Positions 38,386-48,233 of a stretch of 64,000 nucleotides of DNA are shown here, one piece after another. This DNA comes from an uncultured Myxococcales bacterium (GTDB taxonomy: Bacteria > Myxococcota_A > UBA9042): NCBI GenBank assembly GCA_937910235.1, contig CALENB010000330.1, forward strand, positions 2,030-66,029, given 5' to 3'. The notes below the pieces were generated by a model. That model searched no databases. It worked only from the letters and a program-made list of their open reading frames with translations, and was not told the DNA's origin. The position numbers and the translations under genes are program-made. Positions within the stretch are counted from its first letter, which is position 1. Every line of letters begins with the position of its first letter.

Positions 38386-38637
38386 CTACGCCGGGATTCG
38401 TGTGGTCAGGCCGAGCGCGTGGATCTCGTGGCCAACGCGCTCGCCAAGCGCCGCGTACACCAGCCGGTGTTGTTCGATACGGTTCAGCGATTCGAATCGT
38501 TTCGTGGCGATGTCGACGTGAAAGTGGTCACCGCCACCGGTCGTGTCGCGGACGTCGAGCTCTGCGTCTGGAAAGGCCGCACGGAGCGTCTGCTCGATGA
38601 AGGCTTGCATGGGACTCGCTGCGATTGGGATGGCCAT
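38386..38637 (-). CDS. bolA: BolA family protein
   Basis: LEVRDTTGGGDHFHVDIATKRFESLNRIEQHRLVYAAL BolA signature. Upstream of grxD on the same strand (classic BolA-Grx pair). Confidence 0.75.
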   Translation of the reverse strand: MAIPIAASPMQAFIEQTLRAAFPDAELDVRDTTGGGDHFHVDIATKRFESLNRIEQHRLVYAALGERVGHEIHALGLTTRIPA

Positions 38638-38905
38638 GTGTAGGGGCTCCTGTGAGGTACGCCGCGCGGTTCTGATCCGGCCTGCGGACTCGCGGCGGGC
38701 AGGAGTGTTCTGGATCCGCCGCACGGTGGCAATCATCGACGCTCGAGTCGTCGGAAAACACGCACAAATCTACGCGATTTCAAGAGCTGCCGGCGACCGT
38801 CGCAGCCCGCTGCGCTGGGGTTGTCTTCCAAAACGGCGACGCTTCAGTACCCTTTCGTCGGGCTCGCGACCGGTGCTATGCTGCGCACGCTTGGAGGTGC
38901 TTTGC

Positions 38906-38965
38906 TATGTTTGTTCGATCCAGAGCCATGTTTGTTCGATCCAGAGCCATGTTTGTTCCATCCAG
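38906..38965. repeat. 21-bp tandem repeat x~2.7 (atgtttgttcgatccagagcc) spanning three in-frame ATG codons
   Basis: Directly visible. Encodes MFVRSRA-MFVRSRA-MFVPSR. Confidence 0.9.
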
Positions 38966-39416
38966 ACTCACCGTCGCCGCGCTTGTGCTGATCGTCGCGC
39001 CCGCGCTGCTGGCCTTCCGGCCGTTCACGCCGATTCAGTCGGTCTGCCCCAAGTGCCCGGAGCCAGGCGACCGCGTCATGCTCAAAGACGGCAAAGTGCT
39101 TGTGGCGCGGGTCGTCGGCAAGAATCAGGACGGCTACATCGTTGAGCGCTACGGCGAGCTGCGGTTTGTGCAGTTTCGCGAGATCACCAAGGTCGCGTTT
39201 CGTTCCGGCGCTGAGCCCAAGGGCGTCGGGAACTACGACCAGATTCTGCTCAAAGACAAGAACCAGACGATCCTGCACGGCACGCTGATCGCCATCGAAG
39301 CCGGCAAACCGATGGCGCTGCGGTCGGTGCGTGGTCAGGTCTACATGGTCGATGCGGACCAAGTGCTGGTGTACTACCACCATGGCAAACGTCGCGCGCC
39401 GCCACGCAAGAGCTGA
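38907..39416 (+). CDS. hypothetical signal-anchored protein with repeated N-terminus
   Basis: After the repeats: hydrophobic LTVAALVLIVAPALLAF, then a soluble domain with a CPKCPEPGD motif. Confidence 0.4.
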   Translation: MFVRSRAMFVRSRAMFVPSRLTVAALVLIVAPALLAFRPFTPIQSVCPKCPEPGDRVMLKDGKVLVARVVGKNQDGYIVERYGELRFVQFREITKVAFRSGAEPKGVGNYDQILLKDKNQTILHGTLIAIEAGKPMALRSVRGQVYMVDADQVLVYYHHGKRRAPPRKS

Positions 39417-39422
39417 GCCCGC

Positions 39423-41483
39423 GTGGCGCGGCTGACCCTGCACATCGCGCTGCATCTGCATGAGCCCGCTGGGACGCCGGTTTCTCGGGTCGCGCAAGCC
39501 GTCGCCGCGTGCTACGCGCCGCTCATCGATCTGCTCGAAGCGCATCCGGTTGTGGACGTCGCGATGCACGTCGGCGGGTATCTGCTCGAATGGATTGAGC
39601 GCCACGATCGCGCCCTCGGCGACCGTCTCGCGTCGCTGGTGAGCGCGGGCGAGGTGGAGATCATCGGCGGCGGGTTCTACTCCCCTGTGTTGGCCTTGCT
39701 GCTGTGGCGCGACGCGATCGGTCAGCTCGAGATGACGTCTGGCTACCTTGAGCGCCGCACCGGCGTGCGACCGACGGGTGCGTGGCTCATCGAGCAGGTC
39801 TGGATGCCGCGGATGGCGGAGATCCTCAGTGATGCCGGGGTGCAGTGGACCTTGATCGATCAGCGGGCGCTGCGCTCAGCTGGCGTCGAGGGCGAGATCT
39901 CGGGCTGGTATGTCACCGAACACGCCGCGCGGCCCCTCGCCGTGTTTCCAGTCGACGTCGATCTGCGTGATCGCGCCCTGCAGGACGGTCCCGACGAGCT
40001 GATCGACTATCTGCGCGCGCGGCTCGACCAACATGGCGGAGATCTCACGCTCACGTGGGCGGGCGACGTGCAGCGGCTCGTCGCAGGCGCTGGTCGTGGT
40101 CTGGCGTGGCTCGACCGGTTGTTCACACGCGCTGCGACCGAGTCATCTTGGCTGCACGTCGTGCCGCCCTCTCACAGTCTGACCGCGTCGCCGGCGCGAG
40201 GCCGTGTCTACCTGCCCGACAGCCTGCATCCCGACCTCGTTGAGCTCACGCTGCAGCCGTCTCAGGTGCCGACCTGGCGGGCTCGGCGCGCGCTCGATGA
40301 TGCGTGGCTGCCCGGCAGCGTTTGGCAGGCGTTCCTAGCGCGCTACGGCGAGGCCGACCGGCTGCACAAACGCATGATCGAGGCCGCGCGGCGTTTTGCT
40401 GCTGTCGAGCGGGTCATGCGAAACGGCGGGTTTCGCGCCATGAGCCAGCTCACGCGGCCGCGTCGGCTGCTGTATCGCGGCCAGACCGGCGCGGCGTACG
40501 GCCACGGCCACGCCGCTGGGATTCATGATCCGCACCTCCGCGCGGACGCCTACCGCAACTTGATCGCCGCCGAAGTGGCTTGTGATGAGCTCGTCGCCGA
40601 CCCGGCCGACCTCGCAGAAGACCGCATCGAGGTTGGCCTGCGGGATCTCTTCGCCGACATGACGACCAGCGTGCTGCTGCGCTCGCGCCACCTACGAGTG
40701 GTGGTTCAGCCGAGCCGCGGCGGCGCGATCGTCGGCCTGGAGCATATCGCCAGCTCGTCCGCGCTGCACGACGTGCTGACCCGCCGCGCCGAGGCGTATC
40801 ACGCGCGCGGAGAGCAGCCCATCGACGGCCACGACCGGGCTATGTTCCACGACCGTCTTCTCACTCCAGACGCAGACACAGACGGCTGGATGACGGACAC
40901 GGCGGAGCTTGGTGACCTGATGACGCGGTCCTACCGCTTGTTGTCGGTGGAAGACGAGGGTTGGGGCCCTGACGCGCGCGTAACGGTGCATCTCGCCGGA
41001 GACGGCACGCTCCGCCTCGCTGGCCAGGAGATCGCCGTCGCGATCCTCAAGCGCACCCGTGTCCATGCCAACCGCGCCGACGTTGAGGTGTCATGGTCGG
41101 TCGAGTTCGACACGCCCCTGCCGGCGCCCTGTGATTTCGGCGTCGAGTGCAACCTGAGCAGCCTAGGGGGCACCGCGACGGCGACGCCGATCAGCGTGCA
41201 TCCCGATCGGCGCGCGTGCGGCGTGGCCACGGTCTCGTACGAAAGCGCCGGTGTGCGGGTCGAGTTGCGGCCCAGCGGCGAGCTCGTCCGGCTCAGCCAC
41301 GCCGCGATCATCACGGTCGCGCGGCCCGTCGGAGGCGTCTGCGAGCCCCGTTTCCAGGGGTTTTCGCTGCTGTTTCGTCGGTCGCTTGCCGCCGGCACAG
41401 CCGCGTTCACCTGCGGCCTCACGCTCAGCGCGGTCGGTGGTTCAGCGCCGGCGCAAGCCCCGATCGGAATCGGATCGCGCTAG
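39423..41483 (+). CDS. glycoside hydrolase family 57-like (alpha-amylase / 4-alpha-glucanotransferase type)
   Basis: N-terminal LHIALHLHEP...HVGGYL...WLIEQVWMP resembles the GH57 catalytic barrel. ~686 aa. Confidence 0.55.
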   Translation: MARLTLHIALHLHEPAGTPVSRVAQAVAACYAPLIDLLEAHPVVDVAMHVGGYLLEWIERHDRALGDRLASLVSAGEVEIIGGGFYSPVLALLLWRDAIGQLEMTSGYLERRTGVRPTGAWLIEQVWMPRMAEILSDAGVQWTLIDQRALRSAGVEGEISGWYVTEHAARPLAVFPVDVDLRDRALQDGPDELIDYLRARLDQHGGDLTLTWAGDVQRLVAGAGRGLAWLDRLFTRAATESSWLHVVPPSHSLTASPARGRVYLPDSLHPDLVELTLQPSQVPTWRARRALDDAWLPGSVWQAFLARYGEADRLHKRMIEAARRFAAVERVMRNGGFRAMSQLTRPRRLLYRGQTGAAYGHGHAAGIHDPHLRADAYRNLIAAEVACDELVADPADLAEDRIEVGLRDLFADMTTSVLLRSRHLRVVVQPSRGGAIVGLEHIASSSALHDVLTRRAEAYHARGEQPIDGHDRAMFHDRLLTPDADTDGWMTDTAELGDLMTRSYRLLSVEDEGWGPDARVTVHLAGDGTLRLAGQEIAVAILKRTRVHANRADVEVSWSVEFDTPLPAPCDFGVECNLSSLGGTATATPISVHPDRRACGVATVSYESAGVRVELRPSGELVRLSHAAIITVARPVGGVCEPRFQGFSLLFRRSLAAGTAAFTCGLTLSAVGGSAPAQAPIGIGSR

Positions 41484-42109
41484 TCGTTGGCGCGACCTGC
41501 GAGCGCGCCGAGCACCGCTTTCACAGCCTTATCCGCCTCGGCGATGTTCTCTTCGTCGCCGCCCAGCCAGACCCGGCCAAAAGCGCCGAATGACTGGAAC
41601 TCCAGGACCTTGATCGTCGCGTGTTTCTCCGCCTCGTTGGCCGCCAGCAGCGCGTAGCCGGCCGGGTGCACCTCCAGCAGGTACAACGCGTCCCCCTCCG
41701 CGATCATGTCGCCGTGGCGCATGCGATTGATGATCATGGCGTGGTGGCCAGCGATACCCGTGATGATCTGCGCGTTCGTGATCTTGGGCTTGAGGCGATC
41801 CTCGACGGCGATGCCATAGAAATCCAGAATCGCGCCGCCGGCCGCCTCGATCTGGCCCTTGTCCGCCGAGTGGACCTCCAACATGCCGAACGCGCGCTCT
41901 ACGATCAGCATGCCAGGCGTCACGTCCGTGCTCTTGAGCACCGTGTCAGTGACGCGATTGATGCTCATCCCGGGGGCGACCTCAACCAGCAGCGCCGACT
42001 GCTTCTCCAGCGGCAGGTAGCCGCCCGCCACAGTCGCGACAAACGCCGCGGTCTGCGGCTGGAGACTGTCGATGACGGTGTAGGTACGCAGCTCGATTTC
42101 TTGGGACAT
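41480..42109 (-). CDS. tandem BMC-domain microcompartment shell protein (BMC-T, CcmP/CsoS1D type)
   Basis: ATG at 42109 with AGGAGG SD. 209 aa with ELRTYTVIDSLQPQ, LKPKI, LAANEAEK, FGRVWLGGDE blocks, two permuted BMC repeats. Confidence 0.7.
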   Translation of the reverse strand: MSQEIELRTYTVIDSLQPQTAAFVATVAGGYLPLEKQSALLVEVAPGMSINRVTDTVLKSTDVTPGMLIVERAFGMLEVHSADKGQIEAAGGAILDFYGIAVEDRLKPKITNAQIITGIAGHHAMIINRMRHGDMIAEGDALYLLEVHPAGYALLAANEAEKHATIKVLEFQSFGAFGRVWLGGDEENIAEADKAVKAVLGALAGRAND

Positions 42110-42275
42110 CACGGCCTCCTGAGGATCAGCGCGGTCGCGAAGATCGCTGGATCGCTGGCATCGTGCACAGGTTGTAGGGCAAGGGGTGTGTGCGATCAAG
42201 ATCCCCCGGCGCGGTTGCGCGCCATTGCTGTGCCCGCTTGCGCCCGGCGTGCCGCGCCATGCACCATCGAACCAG

Positions 42276-43601
42276 ATGTCTGAAGCCCCTCGCCGCCCAG
42301 AGCTCGACGCCACCCTGATCCGCGAACGCGCGGCCGCCACCGTGCGCTTGCGTCGGAAACGGCACGGCTTCTGGCGCACCATGGGCCGATCCAATCGCCT
42401 GTTTCCGCGAAAACTGATGGTCACCCGTGACGGGAAGTGGATCATCGCGATGTCGCTGCTGCTCGGCGTCGGCGCGGTCAACACCGGCAACAACCTGCTC
42501 TACCTCGTGCTCAGCCTGCTGATCAGCATCATCGCCATCTCGGGTGTGCTGAGCGAGATGGACCTCGCCGACATCAAGGTGGTGCGGCGGTATCCGCATG
42601 AGCTGGAGGTGGGCGAGGCGGCCATGCTGCGCACCGAGGTGCACAACACCAAGCGTCGCGCCGCGTTCAACCTTGAGGTCGATGAGGTGATCGAAGACGA
42701 CGCCTTCGCCATGCGTCCCGGCTACGTGCTGCACCTGCACGCCGGCGAGGTGGGCCAGTGCTTCGTGATGGTGCGCCCCAAGCGGCGCGGCCCTGTGCGG
42801 AGCGCTGGGATCCGCGTGCTGACCTCGTACCCATTCGGGTTCGCCCGCAAATCCAGGCTCTACGTCGACCCGCAGACCTGGCTCGTGCTGCCGCGTGTCG
42901 CCGACATCGCCTTGGATGGCGCGCGCGGCGGGGGACGCGGCGACCTCGCTCAAACCCGACGAAAGGGGCACGGCAGCGAGTTTCTGGGGCTGCGCGATTG
43001 GCGTCACGGCGACCCGACGCGGGACCTGCACTGGAAGATCTCGGCCCGCCGCGGTCGGCTCATCGCGCGCGAGTGGGAGGAGGAGGCGACACGGGCCGCC
43101 CTCGTCGAGTTTGTGCACGTCGCGCCCGACGCCGGTGATGACCCGCAGCAGCTCGACGCGGCGTGTGAGACCGTCGCGGGGCTCTGCGCGTCGCTGCTGC
43201 ACGAAGGGATGGCCGTCGGTCTGCGCACGTTTGCAGGCACCGTCGCGCCGCAGCCTGACTTCGACGGCAGCGCCGACCAGCTGCTCCATATCCGCCGCCT
43301 GCTGGCGAACCTCCTGCTGGCCGATCGTCCGCCGCCGCCGGAGTGGCCGGTGGAGGACGATCGCTGGGTCGACGCGGTGCGCCGCGCTTGGTCCGTGCAT
43401 GATCAGCTCGCCAGCGGCGCCGCGCTCACGTTCCCCGACGGCAACGGGCCCCTAACCCACGATCGCATCCGCGTCAGCTACCTCGCCCGGCGCGACGCCA
43501 GGATCGAGGGCGTCCCGCCGACCGTCGAGGTGCTGCTGGACACGGCCGGCGAGGTGATCAGCATCGAGCGGCCAGACGCCGATGTGGCCGGTGCCGCATG
43601 A
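42276..43601 (+). CDS. DUF58 domain protein (MoxR-system partner family)
   Basis: LGLRDWRHGDPTRDLHWKISARRGRLIAREWEEE is the DUF58 core. N-terminal TM pair. ATG at 42276. Confidence 0.75.
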   Translation: MSEAPRRPELDATLIRERAAATVRLRRKRHGFWRTMGRSNRLFPRKLMVTRDGKWIIAMSLLLGVGAVNTGNNLLYLVLSLLISIIAISGVLSEMDLADIKVVRRYPHELEVGEAAMLRTEVHNTKRRAAFNLEVDEVIEDDAFAMRPGYVLHLHAGEVGQCFVMVRPKRRGPVRSAGIRVLTSYPFGFARKSRLYVDPQTWLVLPRVADIALDGARGGGRGDLAQTRRKGHGSEFLGLRDWRHGDPTRDLHWKISARRGRLIAREWEEEATRAALVEFVHVAPDAGDDPQQLDAACETVAGLCASLLHEGMAVGLRTFAGTVAPQPDFDGSADQLLHIRRLLANLLLADRPPPPEWPVEDDRWVDAVRRAWSVHDQLASGAALTFPDGNGPLTHDRIRVSYLARRDARIEGVPPTVEVLLDTAGEVISIERPDADVAGAA

Positions 43602-45913
43602 GCTTTGAGCGCACGTTCCTTTGGGTCAGCTACGGCCTCGTCGGCGTCGCCTTTCTCGCCGTCGCCCTCAGTGGCGAGCTGGGTACCGCAGCACCGGTCG
43701 CGTTCGTGTTGGCCTATCTCGCCAGCTACTTCCGCCGCACCGATGGCCCGCCACACGAGCGAACCGCGCAAGTGTGGACCGCCGTCCTGTTCGTCGCGTT
43801 GGGTGGCCTCGCGCTCTGGGCCAGCGAAGACGGCAACTGGCTGCTGCATGCGCTGGAGTTTGCGCTCGTCATGACGGTCAGCCGCCTGTTTCAACGGCGC
43901 TTCGCTCAGGACTATCTGCAGCTCTACGTGCTGAGTTTCCTGCTCATGCTGGTGGCCGCGGTCATCCACCCGTCGATGGTCTTTGCCGTCAGCTTCGTCG
44001 TCTACGCGGTGCTGACGATCTGGGCGCTGACGATGGTGCACCTGGTTCGTGAGATCGAGATCCAGACGGAGACCGGCCCCGAGCACCTCCTGCCGACCCC
44101 GGTCCTTCGGCTCTCGAATCTGCGTCGCTTGCTGCCCTGGCGCCGCAAGCCCGCAGACGCGCCATCGACCGACGATCTGCCGGATTCGCCGGTCTCTCCG
44201 GAGACGCTGCAGTGGCGCCGTCGCCAGCTGATCGGGGGCGGTTTCCTCGTCGCGTCGAGCCTCATGGCCATCGGCGCGCTGCTCGTGTCGATGGTGTTCT
44301 TCTTCCTGTTCCCGCGCCTGGGCATGGGCTTCTTCTACGCCCGCACCCGCAACTCGCAGCAGGTCACAGGCTTCTCAGACGCCGTGAAACTCGGCAATTT
44401 TGGCAACATCAAGAGCAGCGCCGAGGTGGTGATGCGCCTGAAGTTCCCTGAGGATCCCGCGCGCCTCAAGCGTTCGGTGCGCATGCGTGGGCTCAGCTTC
44501 GACAACTTCGACGGCAGGAACTGGAGTCGCACCGAAGGCCCGCGCTGGCAGCTGCAGCACCTAGGCCAGCGGTTTGAGGTGCCAGGCACGACGCTGCCGC
44601 GAAAAGGCCGGGAACGCGGCTATTTGATGCATGTGTATCTCGAGCCGCTCGGCACGGAGGTGCGAGTCCTGTTCGCGCCACCCCGCACGCGCGCGTTCAG
44701 TTTTCTCGACAGTCAGTACGACGGCTATCGCGGGCGCCGCAAGAAGATCAGCCTCGGCCTCGGCGGCGATTTCACCTTCAAGGCGCCGCACGACACGTCG
44801 CTCGCCTACTCCGCTGAGGTGGTCGAGCCCCTGAACGAAGCGCGGCGGCGGCAGGAGATCGTCAGGTTCTCAAGTCAGGTCACGCCGAAGTGGGTGCGTG
44901 ATCGCTGGGTGCAGCTGCCAGCCGACGTCGACCCGCGCATCGCGAAGCTGGCGCTGCGGCTCGTGGGCCGGAAGGTGTCCCGACTCGAGCAAGCGCTGAC
45001 GCTGGAGGCTGCGCTGCGGCGTGAGTGGACCTACAGCCTAGCCGGGGACCAAGATCCCAAAGATCCCCTCGGCGACTTCCTGTTCGGCAAGAAGACCGGA
45101 CACTGCGAGTATTTCGCCACATCGATGGCCGTCATGATGCGCACGCTCGGCCACCCGGCGCGCGTCGTGAACGGCTTTCTAGGCGGGCAATTCAACGATT
45201 TCGGCGACTACCGCATGATCAAGCAGGGCGACGCGCACAGCTGGGTCGAGGTCTACTTCCCCAAATACGGCTGGGCGACGTTCGACCCCACACCGCCGGC
45301 CGGGCAGCTCGCGCCGCAGCTCAAAGGGCTGCTCGATTGGGCGCGCCGCGTCGCCGATGGCGGGACTATGCTCTGGTATTCGTGGGTCGTGGAGTACGAC
45401 TTGGAGCGGCAGGTCGCCATGATGCGACGGGTCGGCAGCGCGCTGCGCAAACTCGGCGGGGGGCTGCGGGTGGGGGGCAGCAAGCGACGGCGCCAAACGC
45501 AGCGGCCCGAGCAACCAGACGCGCCCACCGACAGAGATGCACCGTGGCCCTGGATCCCGATCGGCGCCGTCGTGATTGCGTTAGGCGCCGGCTTCTGGCT
45601 CTGGCGCCGCCGCAATCGGCCGACCAAGATCATCTTCGATGAGCGGCTCGACAAGGTGTTGCGTCGGGTTGAGCGGCGCCTGATGCAGCGCGGCACACCG
45701 CGGCTGAGCTGGCAGACGTGGCAGGTCGTCGCCAACCGTCTGCGAGACGAGAACGCGGCGCCAGCCAACGACGCGCAGGCGTTTGCCGACGCGTGGGACC
45801 GCGCCCGCTACGGGGTAGACGACTTAGATGCACGTGTCGCCGCTTTGACCGCCGCCGACGCATTCGAACGCGCCTTGCTGGCCGCGGAGAAGGCGGACAA
45901 TCGGGCGGCATGA
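43598..45913 (+). CDS. transglutaminase-like membrane protein (TgpA-like)
   Basis: Multi-TM N-terminus. Cys-His-Asp core GHCEYFATSMAVMMRTLGHPARVVNGF...DAHSWVEVYFPKYGWATFDPTP. ATGA overlap with DUF58 gene. Confidence 0.8.
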   Translation: MSFERTFLWVSYGLVGVAFLAVALSGELGTAAPVAFVLAYLASYFRRTDGPPHERTAQVWTAVLFVALGGLALWASEDGNWLLHALEFALVMTVSRLFQRRFAQDYLQLYVLSFLLMLVAAVIHPSMVFAVSFVVYAVLTIWALTMVHLVREIEIQTETGPEHLLPTPVLRLSNLRRLLPWRRKPADAPSTDDLPDSPVSPETLQWRRRQLIGGGFLVASSLMAIGALLVSMVFFFLFPRLGMGFFYARTRNSQQVTGFSDAVKLGNFGNIKSSAEVVMRLKFPEDPARLKRSVRMRGLSFDNFDGRNWSRTEGPRWQLQHLGQRFEVPGTTLPRKGRERGYLMHVYLEPLGTEVRVLFAPPRTRAFSFLDSQYDGYRGRRKKISLGLGGDFTFKAPHDTSLAYSAEVVEPLNEARRRQEIVRFSSQVTPKWVRDRWVQLPADVDPRIAKLALRLVGRKVSRLEQALTLEAALRREWTYSLAGDQDPKDPLGDFLFGKKTGHCEYFATSMAVMMRTLGHPARVVNGFLGGQFNDFGDYRMIKQGDAHSWVEVYFPKYGWATFDPTPPAGQLAPQLKGLLDWARRVADGGTMLWYSWVVEYDLERQVAMMRRVGSALRKLGGGLRVGGSKRRRQTQRPEQPDAPTDRDAPWPWIPIGAVVIALGAGFWLWRRRNRPTKIIFDERLDKVLRRVERRLMQRGTPRLSWQTWQVVANRLRDENAAPANDAQAFADAWDRARYGVDDLDARVAALTAADAFERALLAAEKADNRAA

Positions 45914-46018
45914 GGCGACGGCTCGATGCGACGGCGCAGTGCTGTCGCTCAGACGCGGTGCGCTTGCGCCGACCCGACGAGACGGCCACACTGGCGACGC
46001 ACGCAGGAGATCAGCGCC

Positions 46019-46780
46019 ATGCTCCATCGAAACTTTCTGGCGACGTCCACCCGGGCATCGCATCTTCTCTCGCCCAAAGGCCGCATCGCCCGGATTGTCG
46101 GGCTGCTCGTCGCCGTGACGCTGACGCTGGCCCCGGCGCTGGACGTGCACGCGCGCAGGAAGCGACCGCGGCGCCCGGCGAAAGACAAGAAGACCTTCGT
46201 TGAGATCATGTCCATGACGGCTGGCGCCACCATCTACCTCGACGACAAGAAGCTCGGCGTCGTGCCCATGGAAGATCCCATCGAGGTCACGCCAAACGAG
46301 TCGCACGCGCTGCGCCTGCAGAAGCGCGGCTTCGCGACGTTCTCCACGTCGTTCAAGCTCAAGGCCGGAGAATCGCACGAGGTCGAGGCCGATCTGGTCC
46401 CGTCCGGCGGCATTCTGAAGGTGACCTGCAACATCCGCCGCGCCCAGGTCATGCTCGACGGCAAGCCAATCGGTCGCACGCCCTTTGATGGGGACGTGCC
46501 GCCCGGCAAACACAAACTCGAGGTCATCGCTCCCGGCAAGACGCCCGCCGCGCGCTTGATCGACGTTCACGCCGGCAAAGAGATCTCGCTCGACATCAAG
46601 CTCGTCGACGTGCCGCCGCCCGTCATCAAAAAGGACACCTCGGTGCTCGGCAAGTGGTGGTTCTGGACAGCGATCGGCGCCGCAGTGGTTGGTGGCGCGA
46701 CGGCGGCCGCCCTGGCGTCGCGTGAAGTGCAGGTCAACCCGCCACAGGCCAATCTGACGCTGAACATCGGCAGCAACTAG
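46019..46780 (+). CDS. PEGA-domain protein with C-terminal TM
   Basis: Two PEGA-like units (ATIYLDDKKLGVVP; QVMLDGKPIGRTPF). ATG at 46019. Confidence 0.55.
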   Translation: MLHRNFLATSTRASHLLSPKGRIARIVGLLVAVTLTLAPALDVHARRKRPRRPAKDKKTFVEIMSMTAGATIYLDDKKLGVVPMEDPIEVTPNESHALRLQKRGFATFSTSFKLKAGESHEVEADLVPSGGILKVTCNIRRAQVMLDGKPIGRTPFDGDVPPGKHKLEVIAPGKTPAARLIDVHAGKEISLDIKLVDVPPPVIKKDTSVLGKWWFWTAIGAAVVGGATAAALASREVQVNPPQANLTLNIGSN

Positions 46781-46925
46781 CCAACTGGCGGTCGGCAGTC
46801 GGGCTTCAGCCCCGGATTCGCGGGCGATTCGCCGCATCCTGACGTGACAGACCTTGGCGCTGGTCCCGCAGCCGCGCCGCCCGGACGCCAAAGCCCTGTC
46901 GCAGCGACGGCGACGCCGGCGGACA

Positions 46926-48233
46926 CTAGACCGCTCTCTTCATGGCCTCGTCGTCGTCCCGCAGGCGCTTGAGCTCGATGCGCAGCACCTTCTTGTCGTC
47001 CGCGTCGAGCACCGTCACCTCAAGATTTCGCCACACGAGGCTGTCTGAGGCGGACGGTAGCTTGCCAAAGAGATCCACCACGAAGCCGCCCACGGTGCTG
47101 TACGGCGTCTCTTCGGGCAGCTCGACCTGGATGTTCTCTTCCACCGTGCGCAGGTCCGCGCTGGCGTCCACCACCCACACGTCTGTGCCGACGGCCCGCA
47201 CCGGATCCTCGACCTCGTCGTGTTCGTCGTAGATCTCACCCACCAGCTCTTCCAACACGTCTTCGAGCGAGACCAAGCCGGCCGTGCCGCCATGTTCATC
47301 GACGACGACCGCCATGTGCACCTTGAGCCGCTGGAACTCCGTCAGCAGCGCCGCGGCCTTCTGCGTCTCGGGCACGAACATCGCGCCGCTCAGATGATCC
47401 GCGAGGGTGAAGGCCGCCGCGTCGTGCGTCTCCTGAAGCAGCGTCTTGGCATAGAACACCCCCAAGATGTCATCGAGCGACGCACCGAACACCGGGTAGC
47501 GCGAGTAGCCATTTTGCCGGACGATCGTGATCACCTCGTCGTGGCTTGCGGTGACCTCCAAGCCGACCACCTGGGTCCTCGGCGTCATGATCGACCGCAC
47601 CGACGTGTCCCACAGATCAAACACGTTCTGCAGCAAGTTGCCTCGGCTACCGTCGATCGACCCCTCTTCACTGCCGATGCGCACGAGGTCCTCGATCTGC
47701 TCTTCGGTGACCATGAACCCGTTGGACTCAGTGCTGACACCAAGCAGCATGATGAGCCGTTTGGCGAACCAACTCAGCCCGCGGGTCACGCGCGTCGTCG
47801 CGACATGAAAGAACCACACCAGCCAGAACGGCCGAAGAAACCAGGTCGGATGGCTCTTCGCCAAGGTCTTGGGCGCGATCTCTCCGATCACGAGCACCAA
47901 CAACGTCAGCACGAAGATGCCGCCGCTCAACGCCCATTGTTTCAAGCCCTCAGGGAGCGCGTCACTGCCGGTGAGCTGTAGCGTGAGAGACGTGGTGACC
48001 GCCGAGGCGATGATGTTGACCAACGTGTTGCCGGCCAACAAAGACGTTAGAATGCTCGCGTGATCATCGAGCCACGCCTGCAGAAAACGCCGCGGCCCAA
48101 TCCCGTCCTCCAGCAGCCGCCGAATGCGCGGCTCACCCATGCTGGTGATCGCGGTCTCAGATCCGGCGAAGAGGAAGGACAGCGCTAGGCACGCGCAGAC
48201 GATGAGAATCGACCTAAGGGGTTCACCGTCCAT
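46926..48233 (-). CDS. CNNM/CorC-HlyC family transporter (DUF21-CBS-CorC_HlyC)
   Basis: N-terminal DUF21 TM region (AGSETAITS), CBS pair, and C-terminal transporter-associated domain. Confidence 0.85.
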   Translation of the reverse strand: MDGEPLRSILIVCACLALSFLFAGSETAITSMGEPRIRRLLEDGIGPRRFLQAWLDDHASILTSLLAGNTLVNIIASAVTTSLTLQLTGSDALPEGLKQWALSGGIFVLTLLVLVIGEIAPKTLAKSHPTWFLRPFWLVWFFHVATTRVTRGLSWFAKRLIMLLGVSTESNGFMVTEEQIEDLVRIGSEEGSIDGSRGNLLQNVFDLWDTSVRSIMTPRTQVVGLEVTASHDEVITIVRQNGYSRYPVFGASLDDILGVFYAKTLLQETHDAAAFTLADHLSGAMFVPETQKAAALLTEFQRLKVHMAVVVDEHGGTAGLVSLEDVLEELVGEIYDEHDEVEDPVRAVGTDVWVVDASADLRTVEENIQVELPEETPYSTVGGFVVDLFGKLPSASDSLVWRNLEVTVLDADDKKVLRIELKRLRDDDEAMKRAV

